DNA of 64,000 nucleotides, taken from assembly GCF_006345805.1 (NCBI RefSeq), contig NC_043016.1, positions 31,248,001 to 31,312,000 of the forward strand. Reading direction: 5' to 3'. A model generated the notes under the pieces. The model did not search any database, was not told the DNA's origin, and saw only the letters and a program-made list of their open reading frames with translations. The DNA comes from Octopus sinensis (lineage: Eukaryota). Positions within the stretch are counted from its first letter, which is position 1. The number at the start of each line of letters is the position of its first letter. A program made the translations under genes and the position numbers. This document shows positions 52,608 through 64,000 of this stretch, piece by piece.

Positions 52608-53454
52608 GTATATTAATCAAAGTGTACAGTATTATATATCCATTATGTGGCTAATTTTACTGATCGATTTCACATTTGGGGTTCAATGGTGTGTTAAGTA
52701 ATAGTCCTGATCATGTAATCCTGTACTCTTCAGAGATGGCCCTTATGGAATGAAATATGGCGACTGCTCTCTATTATTTAGGAGAACGGACACATCCAGT
52801 TTTTGGTTGCTGTGAAAAAGATGATGAAATGAACCGAGCTAAGGTTAAGCTAAGAGTTATGTCCCTTGGTACCAAAAACTATCTCTTGAGGTGTTGCAAG
52901 GCGACAAGATTTTTCTGGAAAAAATGTGTGAAATGTGTGTATTTTTAAGGTTGGTGTTCTTATAGAAATGGAATGTGTAGCGTTTTTGGGGTGGTGTACA
53001 GATTGCCGAAAGGTCGCATAACACATCTATGTTTGTTAGTGTGTTTTCCCATACACTCCCAAAATTGTACTATGGTACATAACTAATAATGGACCACTTT
53101 AAATCATACTTAACGTTCCTATCTTTTAAATCCTAAATGTATTTACTAAAATTTGTAGAATTTCATTTTCTACTATACTCAAATGAAAGAGAATGATTAT
53201 GAAATCTAGATTTCCAAGTTGTAGCAGATGAGCCTACTCTCTCTTTACTTTTACTTGTTTCAGTCATTTGACTGTGACCATACTGGAGCACCGCCTTTAG
53301 TCAAGCAAATCGACCACAAGACTTATTCTTTGTAAGCCTAGTACTTATTCTATAGGTCTCTTTTGCCGAACCGCTAAGTTACAGGGACATAAACACACCA
53401 GCATCGGTTGTCAAGCGATGTTGGGAGGATAAACACACAAACATATACACACAC

Positions 53455-53490
<36 letters not shown>

Positions 53491-55179
53491 GCACACACAC
53501 ATATATACGATGGGCTTCTTTCAGTTTCCATCTACCAAATCCACTCACAAGGCTTTGGTCAGCCTGAGGCTATAGCAGAAGACACTTGCCCAAGGTGCCA
53601 CGCAGTGGGACTGAACCCGGAACCATGTGTTTCGTAAGCAAGTTACCACACAGCCACTCCTACGCCTATGTAATAATATTTATTATCCCCTGCAATACCT
53701 TACATTGATACACTATATTTTCCTTAAACACTGATTTTCTAAAGTATAATCAATTTTGTTTTTACACAGGCATATATTATGTGTATTTGGTACTCATAGC
53801 TAAAAGAAGTCTTACTAGTCTTCTTTTCAGAATTAAGTGTTAAGACTGGATTATTATTACTATTTTTGTTGGAAAAGAAGAACAACCTAACATCAGGCTA
53901 CAACAAGTGACCTTAGACTAAAATTTGTGGGGAGGGAGCTAGTCAATTACATCAACCCTAGTTCTTGATTTGTAGTTATTTCATCGACCTTGAAAGAATG
54001 AAAGGTGAAGTAAAATATTTCAAAACTGAAATACCACTTAGCATTTTGTCCAATATGCTAACAATTTCGCCAATTCACAACCTTTGTTTTAGCTTAAATA
54101 ATACTATTATAAAATAAAACAATGTAAGTTTCAAAATAGTTTATAATCAGAAGAGCAAAGGACAATGTTCTTTGAGCTCTTTAATTATTTTTAAAAATCC
54201 TGAGTTAAAATCCAGCTGAATTTCAATTTGCTTTTCATCCTTCTTGAGTAGTGGTTGTTGATAAAAATTAATATTGTTCAAGTTCTCTAAACTAAACTGT
54301 CACTCTGTTGGTTACAACAATGAGTTTTCTAGCTGATCCCTTCAATTGAACAACCTGCTTGTGAAATGAACATGCAAGAGGTTGAGCACTCCAAAGATAT
54401 ATGCATGCTTAACATAGTTCTCAGGGAAATTCAGCATGGCACAGAATGTGACAAGGCCAACCGTTTGAAATATAGGTATTACTCATTTTAACCAGCTGAG
54501 TGGAATAAAGTGCCTCGCTCAGTGACACAGTACACTGCTGGATATCAATTTCATGCCGTTACAATCATGAATCAAATACCCTAACCATTAAGCCATGTGC
54601 CTTCACTGGTCGAGTTCAAGTGTTAATATAATCAAGTGTACTGTTCTTCCATAATTTGTGGAGTAATTGCTGTGTTTCTCATTGGTGGGTGGGATGATAT
54701 GACAGGATTAAAAAATGGGATGGACAAACTGCAATGACAGTTTTGAACTTGTCCAACCCATGATAGCAACGAAGTAATTAAATGGTGTGAACTTTATATT
54801 TTACCTTCTCCTGAATAAAAAATGGGGGTGGGGTGTGGTGGGGCAAAATGTTTCCATTGTATTTTGGTGGTGAGGGTAGTAGGGGCAATGGTGCTGGCAT
54901 TTGTTACTTTGAGAATAACTGATATCAAAGGAGACATCAATAATGTTGGTTTGCATGCTATCTTTTTCATATACTCAAGGTAATACTCCAGTATAGTCTT
55001 CACTGCAAAGGCTATAAATAAACTAACTAAAGAAGTAAAGAACAATTGATTAGTATGTCTGTTGTGGCTGTTTAAATTGTTTTGCAGTTTTCATGCCTGT
55101 TGGGGCTCTTATATCTGATGTAAACATACATATACATATATATATATAAATATATATGTATGTGTGTGTATAATATAAA

Positions 55180-55570
55180 TCTCTATATATATAAAGCTGA
55201 AGTTGTCTGTGTATGGCAGGTTTGGTAGCCTTCAACTAACACTATCTCCTCCGAGACCCTGTGGTGCAAGTTGACCAAAATTGAGAGTATGATAGAAGGC
55301 TTGCTCTTCCTTCCGTAGAAGAAAAATTTCAAATCGGACCATGTTAACACCAAAAATTATTTACATCAAAAAGGTGCTTTTTTTTCTATGAAAATCCCTA
55401 TTTTTTTACGATTTTTTGACTGCTGTGTCACCATTTTTCGGTGTATTTCAACCAGAAAAATGTTCACTTAAAGAGAATAACAAGCTACATATTGCAAAAT
55501 TTTTACTTTTCAAAAATTCCAATTCTAAAGGGTCGAAACAAACCTGAGCAACACCGGGCGATACTGCTAG
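55180..55570 (+). mobile_element. Non-autonomous Helitron
   Basis: A|TC 5' end, CTAG|T 3' end, and a GC-rich subterminal hairpin CCTGAGCAACACCGGG at 55543-55558. Confidence 0.8.
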
Positions 55571-56304
55571 TAATATAAATATATATATATAATATAAATA
55601 ATGTATAAATATATATGCATACATATATGTACATGCATATATATATATATGTAAATATACATACATATATGGGCACAGGACACCACAGAACGTAAGCAAC
55701 ATGAAATACGAAAACATGGAATACAAACTTTTTTTCGAAATGTTCTTTACTAAGGGTAGTGAGTAATTTCAAGAAGTGATTTTGTTTTCCAACTATTCAA
55801 GTAACCATACTGATTATCAGTCTTATTCTTTTATTCTTACTTGTTTCAGTCATTTCACTGTGGCCATGCTGGATCACTGCCTTTTTAGTCAAATAAATTG
55901 ACTCCAAGACTTACTTTTTAAGCCTGGTCCTTATTGTATCGGTCTCTTTTTGCTGAACAGCTAAGTTATGGGGACATAAACAGACCAACACCAGTTGTCA
56001 AGCAGTGATGATAGGACAAAAACAGACAGACACACACACACACACACACATAACAGGCTTCTTCCAGTTTCCGTCTACTAAATCCACCTACATGGCTTTG
56101 GATGACTCGAGGCTGTAGTAGAAGACACTTGCCCAAGATGCCATGCAGTGGAACTGAACCCGAAATCATGTGACTGGGAAGCAAGCTTCTTACCACACAG
56201 TCACACCTGTGCCTATGTCATATTAATCTTTTATCTTCAGTCTTTTAATTGTTTCAGTCATTAGACTGTGGCCGTGCTGACCAGGCTTTTGATTCCTTTC
56301 ACTA

Positions 56305-56521
56305 AAAATTCATCATAGTGATGGTCAAGTCATATCTGCTGTTGATGGCTTTTTTGACCAACAGGATGAAAGCTTCTTCCCCAATGGGATCCAAGCACTG
56401 CAATACTGGTGGAAGAAGTATGTGGACCACAAGGAGGGCAATGTTGAAAAATAAACCTTATTTGGTCATATTCCATGAGAGTATGTTGGTCGGCCTATAA
56501 ACTTTTCAGCTGAACCTCTTA
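56305..56521 (+). mobile_element. Mariner transposase C-terminal relic with one TIR
   Basis: Reads DGQVISAVDGFFDQQDESFFPNGIQALQYWWKKYVDHKEGNVEK*, followed by AACTTTTCAGCTGAACCTCTTA. Confidence 0.7.
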
Positions 56522-56689
56522 GACCCTGGATGATCAAAGCCTTGTGAGTGGATTTGGTAGAGGAAACTGAAAGAAGCCCATCTTACTGAGCATCATTGCC
56601 AAAATGAAATTCAGTAAGCCCTCCAGCTCTTTTCAGTGCAGGCCTTTTTCTAATATACGTCTACTAAAAAATTTGGATGGGGCTTTACT

Positions 56690-57640
56690 ATTCTCTGACA
56701 AAACAAAAAGCCTATATAGAGCAAACACCTGCACATATAGGCTTTTAGAGAATAACATCACACAAAAATCCATCTAAATCAGAAATTGCGCTGGCAAATG
56801 AGCATATACTGAGACAGATCAATGCTGACATAAAGAAGGTATCCAACCTCTCCTTACGGCATAATACCAATGAAGTTATTTTATGGTTTAAAGCTAACCA
56901 GAGTAGAGGCAGGATAAGATTCATTCAATTTGATATAGTAGATTTTTATCTGTCTATATTGAAAGGGTTACTAGTTAAGGCTCTTATGTTTGTTTGGAAT
57001 TTTACTAATGTTAGTAACAGAAATATAGATATAATAATACATAAATGTTTGGTCTAGGTCAAACAAACTGACCCAGTATGCTGGTTTGATGTGATGATGG
57101 GAGTATTTGACAGCATGGATATCTGTAACCTCATAGGATTTTATACACTGAACACCTTAACAAAGGGGTTCCCACCAGTCCTTTTTGGTCTACACAGAGA
57201 AAACCCTTTAGCCATCTCTAGAGGTACAAATGGGCATATCCTAGATAGGCTGAGTAAGGACCCAATTTGCACCCTTAGCTCTCTTGTTTTAAGACAATTG
57301 ATACCAATCTTACCATTGTTAACTTTATAAATGTTATGCTAAACCTTGGTACCTCTTCATACGGGCCCCACTGCAAACCAAACAAAAGGTTGTCATACAT
57401 TAACACAGCATCCTGTCACCTAACTATTATGTTCAAAAACCTAGAGAAGGGTGTCAGTAATGGGATTTTGAACCTATCCCTGAGTAAAGAGATTTTCAAT
57501 GCTGCAGCCCACTATTACAATGAGGTTTAGGCAGCCAAAGGGTTTAAGGTCTGTATTGCCTTTATGCTGGGTCCTAACACCCACAAAAGGAAGCACCATC
57601 ATAAAAAACCCCAAAAGAAAATACTAATGTTCGACAACAC
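56690..57640 (+). mobile_element. Penelope-like element reverse transcriptase relic
   Basis: NPSKSEI...WFK...FIQFDIVDFYLSI...FDVMMGVFDSMDICNLIGFY...GLHREN (decayed LYRDD)...KPNKRLSYINTASCH; contains stops and frameshifts. Confidence 0.85.
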
Positions 57641-57741
57641 TTCTGTGCAGGATGGAATTATATCTTAGATTGGTTCCAGTTACATCTGAAAAGGGTCAGC
57701 TTAAGGACAATTACTTTTCACTAGTTAGTAAGTAGGGAATT

Positions 57742-58130
57742 CCACATTTTCAACATGAATTTCCTCTGACGAGGGCACCAACTAGAAGTCTCTTTTTTGA
57801 AGTTTAAGAAGGAACCTAGGTCAAGTGAATTCTCAGCATTGTTCCAGTCTCAGCCAAGCAAAGTTTAGATCATTTGCTTTCATTTAGGTACAGTACAGCT
57901 TGTTCTTGGAGCTTCCATTTAATTATGTATGGCATACCGTCCTGATTTAAATGCAATATATAGCTGACCAAGGATGTAATGTTGTGCCTCTCTGGGATTT
58001 ATCTGTGATTGTTAAGACACTGCTCACCACCTTAGGATGATGAAGATAATTTGAAACCAATGACACCATTCTTCATGAAATGCGATATACAATATATAAA
58101 TAAGGCAACTGACATGCTCCAGTTTAATAT
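57742..58130 (-). mobile_element. Penelope-like element GIY-YIG endonuclease C-terminal relic
   Basis: Reads LNNHR*...NITSLVSYILHLNQDGMPYIIKWKL...SKLCLAE...FLNFKKETSSWCPRQRKF, matching the pattern T.LS.YIW.LK...Y.IKW...C.LCL.EK...LLN...E..S.C.H..KF. Confidence 0.7.
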
Positions 58131-60216
58131 TCTCATCTGTAAAGCATATACTTCACAGAATTATTGGAAAAAGTAAAATATTTTCTTTTTCTCAATTATT
58201 GAATACTTTTTCTGGCTTTAATTATAGACATTTTTAGTGTCAGAAACATCATATCATCTCATTAAAGTTAATTAATTTTAGTGTTTGAATGAATGGAGAT
58301 TCAAATAAAAAGGCACAAAAGGATTCAACAAGGAGATAAGACAAGAATTATCTCCATTACCAAATCATACTAACAAAACTGTTGGATTACAATGAAATTT
58401 AAATCAATATACTTAATACTGAAAGAGTACAGCAAGTTCAGTAATGAAAAATATTGGAACAGCAAAAACAGTCATTCCTCAGTGTAGACACATTTGGAAA
58501 GAACATATTCATCATCATCATCATCGTTTAACGTCTGCTTTCCATGCTAACATGGGTTGAACGGTTTGACTGAGGACTGGCAAGCCAATAGGCTGCACCA
58601 GGCTCCAATCTCAACTGGCAAGGTTTCTACAGCAGGATGCCCTTCCTAACACCAACAACTCCACGAGTGTAGTGGGTGCTTTTTATGTGTCACCGGCATG
58701 CGAGCCAGTCAGGGGGCACTAGCATCAACCACGTTCCGATGGTACTTTTTACATATCACTGGCACAGGAACCAGTCATGGGGCACACGCATCGACCACAT
58801 TTGGATGATGCTTTTTATGTGTCACTGGCACAGGAGCCTGTCAGGGAACACTGGCATCGACCACATTCAGATGGTGTCTTTTTATGTCCCACAGCAAGCC
58901 AGTCAGGCAGCACTAGCATCGACCCATGCTTGAATAGTGCTTATTATGTGCCACCAGTATGGGTGCCAGTCAGGTGGAATTGGCCACGACTACAATTTTG
59001 ATTTCAATTTCACCTGACTTAACAGGTCTTCTCAAGATCATCATATCACCCGACGCTTTAAGGGTACTTTTGAATGGGTTGGTTATGCAACACTGGCATC
59101 AGCCATGGTTGTGATCTCACTTTACTTGCCGGGTATTCTCAATCACAACATATCTCAAAGGTTATGGTCTTTCATCATTGCCTCTATGAGGCCCAATGTT
59201 TGAAGGTCATGTTTCACCACCTCATCCCTGGGTCTATCTCTTTCACAGGTTCCTTCCACTGTTAGGGTGTGACACTTCTTCACACAGCTGTGCTCATCCA
59301 TACGTAACACATAACCATCTCAGCACAGTCATCTCTCTTGTACGCCACATCTGATGCTTCTTATGTCCACCTTTTCTCTCAGGGCGCTTACTCTCTGTTG
59401 TGTATGCACACTGACATTATACATCCAGCGGAAAATTATAAATGTTTGATCAGTATACAAAGATTGAAGTATTCAAATAATGTTCTTTTCACAAATATCA
59501 GTTGCAATGGTCTACAGATTATGAATTCTACACAGAAAAATAAGATAGTTGTAAGAAATGTCATCCTGTTTGTCAAGATCTATCTTACCAAAAGACAAAT
59601 TCTTTGTGTGTGTGTGTGTGTGCAAACATGCATACATCATATACAGTGTGACTGATGCTAAATATGCATGTGGGTGTGTATGTAAGTATAAGATGACCTC
59701 AGCTTACTGTGTCTCACAGTACCAATCCCTCTGCGTAATCAAATGGGTTTTTTTTTCAGCAATATGGTGTTTCAGTGAAAACATTCTCTTCATTAGTGTA
59801 GTTTAAGTTACAAAAAACATGAGAAAGAGAGAGAGAGCGAGAGCGTGAGAGAGGGGGAGTGTGTCATAGCGAGGTGAGAGAATGAGTGAGCAAGAGAAGT
59901 GACTTTTTCATTGGGTTGGCCAATAAAAAGTCAGCTGGAATTGTGACAACTCTCTAATTAAAAGGGAAAATCCTGACATTTTGTATAAGCGAAACGATTG
60001 CAAAAATACCATAACACACAAAACATTACCATTCCCACTTGGTGAAAGTGATAGTCTTAACAACAACAACATACATGTATATACCAACAGGGTCAGTCCT
60101 TTGATAGGTGGAAATAAAAAATGTGCTGCGAGCCAGTTTTCTGGTATTTCATTTTGATCTTTCAGTGTGAGAATTGTCAGCTAATTGCCCACCTCTGTAT
60201 GTATATATATATATGC

Positions 60217-60255
<39 letters not shown>

Positions 60256-60399
60256 TGTGTGTGTGTATGTATGTATACGATGGGATTCTTTCAGCTTCTG
60301 TCTACCAAATCCACTCACAAGGCTTTAGTTGGCCCAGGGCTACAGTAGAAGACACTCGCACAAAGTGCCATGCATTGGGACTGAACCCAGAAACATGTA

Positions 60400-60850
60400 A
60401 TAATAATAATAATAATTGTGTACAGTGCTCAGGTGCACTACAACTCATCTAAAGTGTATATATAATCAGGTGTAGTTTCGGCGGATTTCGGAAAGCATGA
60501 GGGCCTTAAAGGATGCAGTGTCATGGCAGTCAACAACTGACGCAGGCAGTTTATTCCATGCTTCAGCAACTCTGAGCGTGAAAAAATGTTTCCGAAAGTC
60601 ATGGTAGCTGTGTTGTTTTCTGACTTTGTAGGCATGTCCACGTATGTTAGACACATGGAGATCAAAAATGTGTTCAGTGTTGTTGTTGGTGAGGTGGTTG
60701 ATAACTTTGTGGGTGTTTACCAAGTCCGTCGCCAGACGCCGGAGCTTCAGTGAATCCATGCCCAGGGAAACAAGGCGCTCAGAATATGGTAGGTGTCTGA
60801 TGGAGGGTATGCATTTGGTTGCACGTCTCTGGACAGATTCCAGGAGGTCA
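60400..60850 (-). mobile_element. 5'-truncated CR1/L2-type LINE with a (TTA)n tail, inserted into a SINE
   Basis: ORF 60466..60936: DLLESVQRRATKCIP...RGHAYKV...FFTLRVAEAWNKLP, uninterrupted. ATGTA at 60395-60399 and 60851-60855. Confidence 0.9.
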
Positions 60851-61439
60851 ATGTAGTCATGAAGCAGACTTCTTACCACACAGCCATGCCTGTCACCAAA
60901 ACTGTATCTGATGGCATGGTAAACTGCCTGCTGCACATCTATATCCTTTTATTGGTTTCAGCTATAGAACTGTTCCCTGCTGAGCCGTGGCTTCAACAGT
61001 TATAGGTAATCATATCAAACTATTTGCATTAGTCCAGTACTTATTTTATTGATATATATTTGTTGGACTGCTAAGTTATGTAACATAAGGGGATACAATA
61101 TATAGTCAAGGTTTTAGACCTGTGTATAAGTAAATAAAGACACTAAAACATGCACACAGACATATGAAGGGCTGCTGAACTGTTTCTACCAAATAAATCT
61201 CATTCACAAAGTGTTGGCCAAATAAAACCATTTTTCTCATTGGAATGGTCTGAGGGAAGGAGTTGTGCTCATCATTTTTGAAGTCTCTTCAATACTGTAG
61301 TATCAGCAAGGTTAATAGGTTAATGTCCTTATTTCCAGGGCTGATAAATTATGTACCAGTGATTCACTGAGGTTGATGTAATCGACTAGTCCCCTCCCCG
61401 ATAAATTTCAGGCCTTGTGCCTTTAGTAGAAATGAATAT

Positions 61440-61912
61440 CATTATTATGGCTGGGTTCCCACCCTGGCAGCAACAAAGTCTACCTGCCACATCTCGATTC
61501 ATCATCACTGCTTTGAGATCCTGGATACATTCTAGGCCAGTGTCTGCAATCAAGCTGTTGATGTAAGTTTGATGACGTTTTCCTCTTCTTACATCATCAT
61601 GAAGTGGGTTCCACAAGACCAATTTGAATGCTTCCAGCTCAGGGTGGCACACGCAGTGACCACATAGTCACAGCCATCTTCGTCTGATCTTCTTATTAAC
61701 TATCAGCAAGTTTCCATAAAGGTATTCGTTTGTCATATGTTGCTGGAATGTCACATTTAGGGCCATTCGCAGTATCCTTGTGTAGCATCCATTTAACCCA
61801 TTTGATAATTTCTTTGTCAGCGTTCTTACTTCACAGCCATATAACAGCACTGATTTGACACTTACAAGAAACACACACAAATACTAGGAAGTCCAGAAGG
61901 TTGACATTCTAG
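61440..61912 (-). mobile_element. RTE-clade LINE C-terminal relic
   Basis: ORFs 61668..61880 and 61386..61652: VKSVLLYGCEVRTLTKKL...GCYTRILRMALNV...LCGHC...LVLWNP. Confidence 0.85.
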
Positions 61913-61929
61913 GGAAGAAAGACTGGACT

Positions 61930-62165
61930 TAGTGAGGACGAAAAATCAGGGGACAAAACTGATCCTAGGGGCATGCTAGAGGTGACAGAAAGAACTCCAT
62001 CAGCATACAAAGCAATAGTGCCATCTACTGGAAAGTCACTGACCAAGAGATGTGAGACAGATGGAGTTCATAGGTGGAAACACTTTTGCCAGAATATTTG
62101 TGTCAGACATGGTTGAATGCTTTGTTGATGTCGAGTGCAACATTGTCTTCAACAATTTTCTTGTG
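61930..62165 (-). mobile_element. Separate LINE RT-core relic (Jockey/CR1/I-like)
   Basis: Reads VALDINKAFNHV*H and, in another frame, an MPLGSVLSP remnant of GVPQGSVLSP. Confidence 0.6.
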
Positions 62166-62233
62166 ATGAGTGTCCACAGAAACTGAAAGCCCATCATATT
62201 AAGTATGCATGTGTGTTTGTGTGTATGTATATG

Positions 62234-62264
<31 letters not shown>

Positions 62265-62367
62265 ATTGTATTATATACAAAATTTTTAATCTTTGGATTT
62301 GTTAAAAATATGCTAACCCACTGGTTTTAATTGATTTTAATTGATTAATATCAATTTCTACTCTTAT

Positions 62368-62398
<31 letters not shown>

Positions 62399-63242
62399 AG
62401 GATAAGATTGATATTTAAATACCAATCTTATCAGGTGGCCAGCATGGGAATAAAAACCTTCAAAGGTAATAATTATTATTAAAATTATAATTTAGGGTAT
62501 CTATGCTGAAAATAGCAGTATAAAACTTGACTCTAAAACTCTATGAACATTTAATGTGGTTTTAGAGTCAAGTTTTGGCTGCTATTTCCAGCATTGTGGT
62601 ATCTCTTAGATACCCTAAATTATAATTTTATATATATATATATATCTTTTATCTTTTACTTGTTTGTCATTAGACTGTGGCCATGCTGGGGCACCGTCTT
62701 AAATTTTTAATTGAATGAATCAATCCCAAAACTTATTTTTAAGCCTGGTACTTATTCTATTGGTCTCTTTTGCCAAACTGCTAAGTTACAGGGATGTAAA
62801 AACACCAACACTGGTTGTCAAGTGATGATGGGAGGTACAAACACAGGCACATATACATATATATATACAATGAGCTTTTTTTCCAATTCCATCTATCAAA
62901 TCCACTCACAAGGCTTTGGTTGGCCCAATGTTATAGTAGAAGACACTTGCATAAGGTGCCATACAAGTAGGACTGAACCCGGAACCACATGGTTGGGAAG
63001 TAAGCTTCTTACCACACAGCCATACCTGCACCTATACTCTTTTACTTGTTTCAGGCATTTGACTGTAGCCATGCTGGAGCACTGACTTAGTCAGGCAAAT
63101 CAACCCCAGGACTTATTCTTTGGAAGCCTAGTACTTATACTATCAGTCTCTTATCCTGAACTGCTAAGTTATGGGGACGTAAACACACCACCTTTGGTTG
63201 TCATGTGATGTTGGGGGGACAAATACAGACACACAAACATAT

Positions 63243-63303
<61 letters not shown>

Positions 63304-63854
63304 TATACATATATACAACGGGCTTCTTTCAGTTTCCGTCTACCAAATCCACTCACAAGGCTTTGCTCGGCCCAAGGCTATAGTAGAAGACACTTGCCTA
63401 AGGTGCCATGCAGTGGGACTGAACCCGGAACCATAGCCACTACAGCGCTTAGCTACTTACCACACAGCCACTCCTGCACCTATATATATATATATATATA
63501 CACATTGTTGTAATGTGAGATCTTTGGTTTGAGAAGGAACAAACAAACAAACAATGATCTCTGCAGACTTCAGTGGGTTTCACTTTTATGATCATGAAAT
63601 GAAAGATCACCTATTTATTTATTGCAAATGATGTTTCAAGATTCTCAAAAAAATAATTGTTCAAATCCATCATAAGTAGGTCCTTATAGAGCTTCATATC
63701 CTCATTGCAATTGTGGCAAAGTCAAATATGGTGAAAAGGACAATATTTTAGAAGAAAACTAATTTGTTAGCTGTTAATCACTTTTTCCCTCACTCTCTTC
63801 TGTTAATTAATAGCCATGTTTTCCTCATGTTAATTATTAATATAATCAATCTTG

Positions 63855-63990
63855 TATTCATTTCAAGGACTTCTGCAAGAGAGATATGCAGTCTACAGAT
63901 CTGGATGTCTTAAAATGGGAGGAAGTCGCAAATGACTGCCTACACTGAAGACAAGCGCTATGCAAGGGGATGGAGCGAGAAGAGAAATTG
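63855..63990 (+). mobile_element. RTE C-terminal relic
   Basis: Reads FKDFCKRDMQSTDLDVLKWEEVAND. Confidence 0.6.
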
Positions 63991-64000
63991 AAACTTTCCA

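Noticed and set aside
57760-57790. CTGACGAGGG as a hammerhead core downstream of the Penelope RT
   Set aside because: No stem II or GAAA; it is the antisense of the endonuclease C-terminal codons (WCPRQRKF).
62500-62595. GTTTTAGAG... and CTATGCTGAAAATAGC resemble the Cas9 repeat/tracrRNA scaffold
   Set aside because: Only short word matches inside a eukaryotic fold-back; no repeat-spacer array and no cas genes.

Overview
AT-rich animal genomic DNA. The SINE, RTE and Penelope repeat families and the long (TA)n tracts resemble an Octopus or other coleoid cephalopod genome (inference, no database check). The only supportable protein-coding gene is the 5' part of HECTD1 (E3 ubiquitin ligase) on the minus strand: ten coding exons from the ATG at 25933 down to 144, totalling 609 codons of armadillo-like and ankyrin N-terminus, with the gene continuing off the left edge. 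All ten join in frame with GT-AG introns. The rest is introns and intergenic DNA full of mobile-element relics: tRNA-derived SINEs, RTE, CR1/L2, CRE-like and Penelope-like retroelements, Tc1/mariner, hAT and Helitron non-autonomous elements, and fold-back MITEs. Most interesting observations: (1) several hammerhead-ribozyme motifs of the Penelope type, one nearly intact at 52177-52254 and two arranged as inverted pairs (one inside HECTD1 intron 4); (2) an exact 30-nt copy of the HECTD1 exon-4 splice acceptor and start, with an in-frame stop, next to that hairpin; (3) many long near-perfect fold-backs, including a nested hairpin element and a MITE with a telomere-repeat core. Exon, hairpin and ribozyme coordinates were counted by hand; boundaries of degraded transposon relics are approximate.
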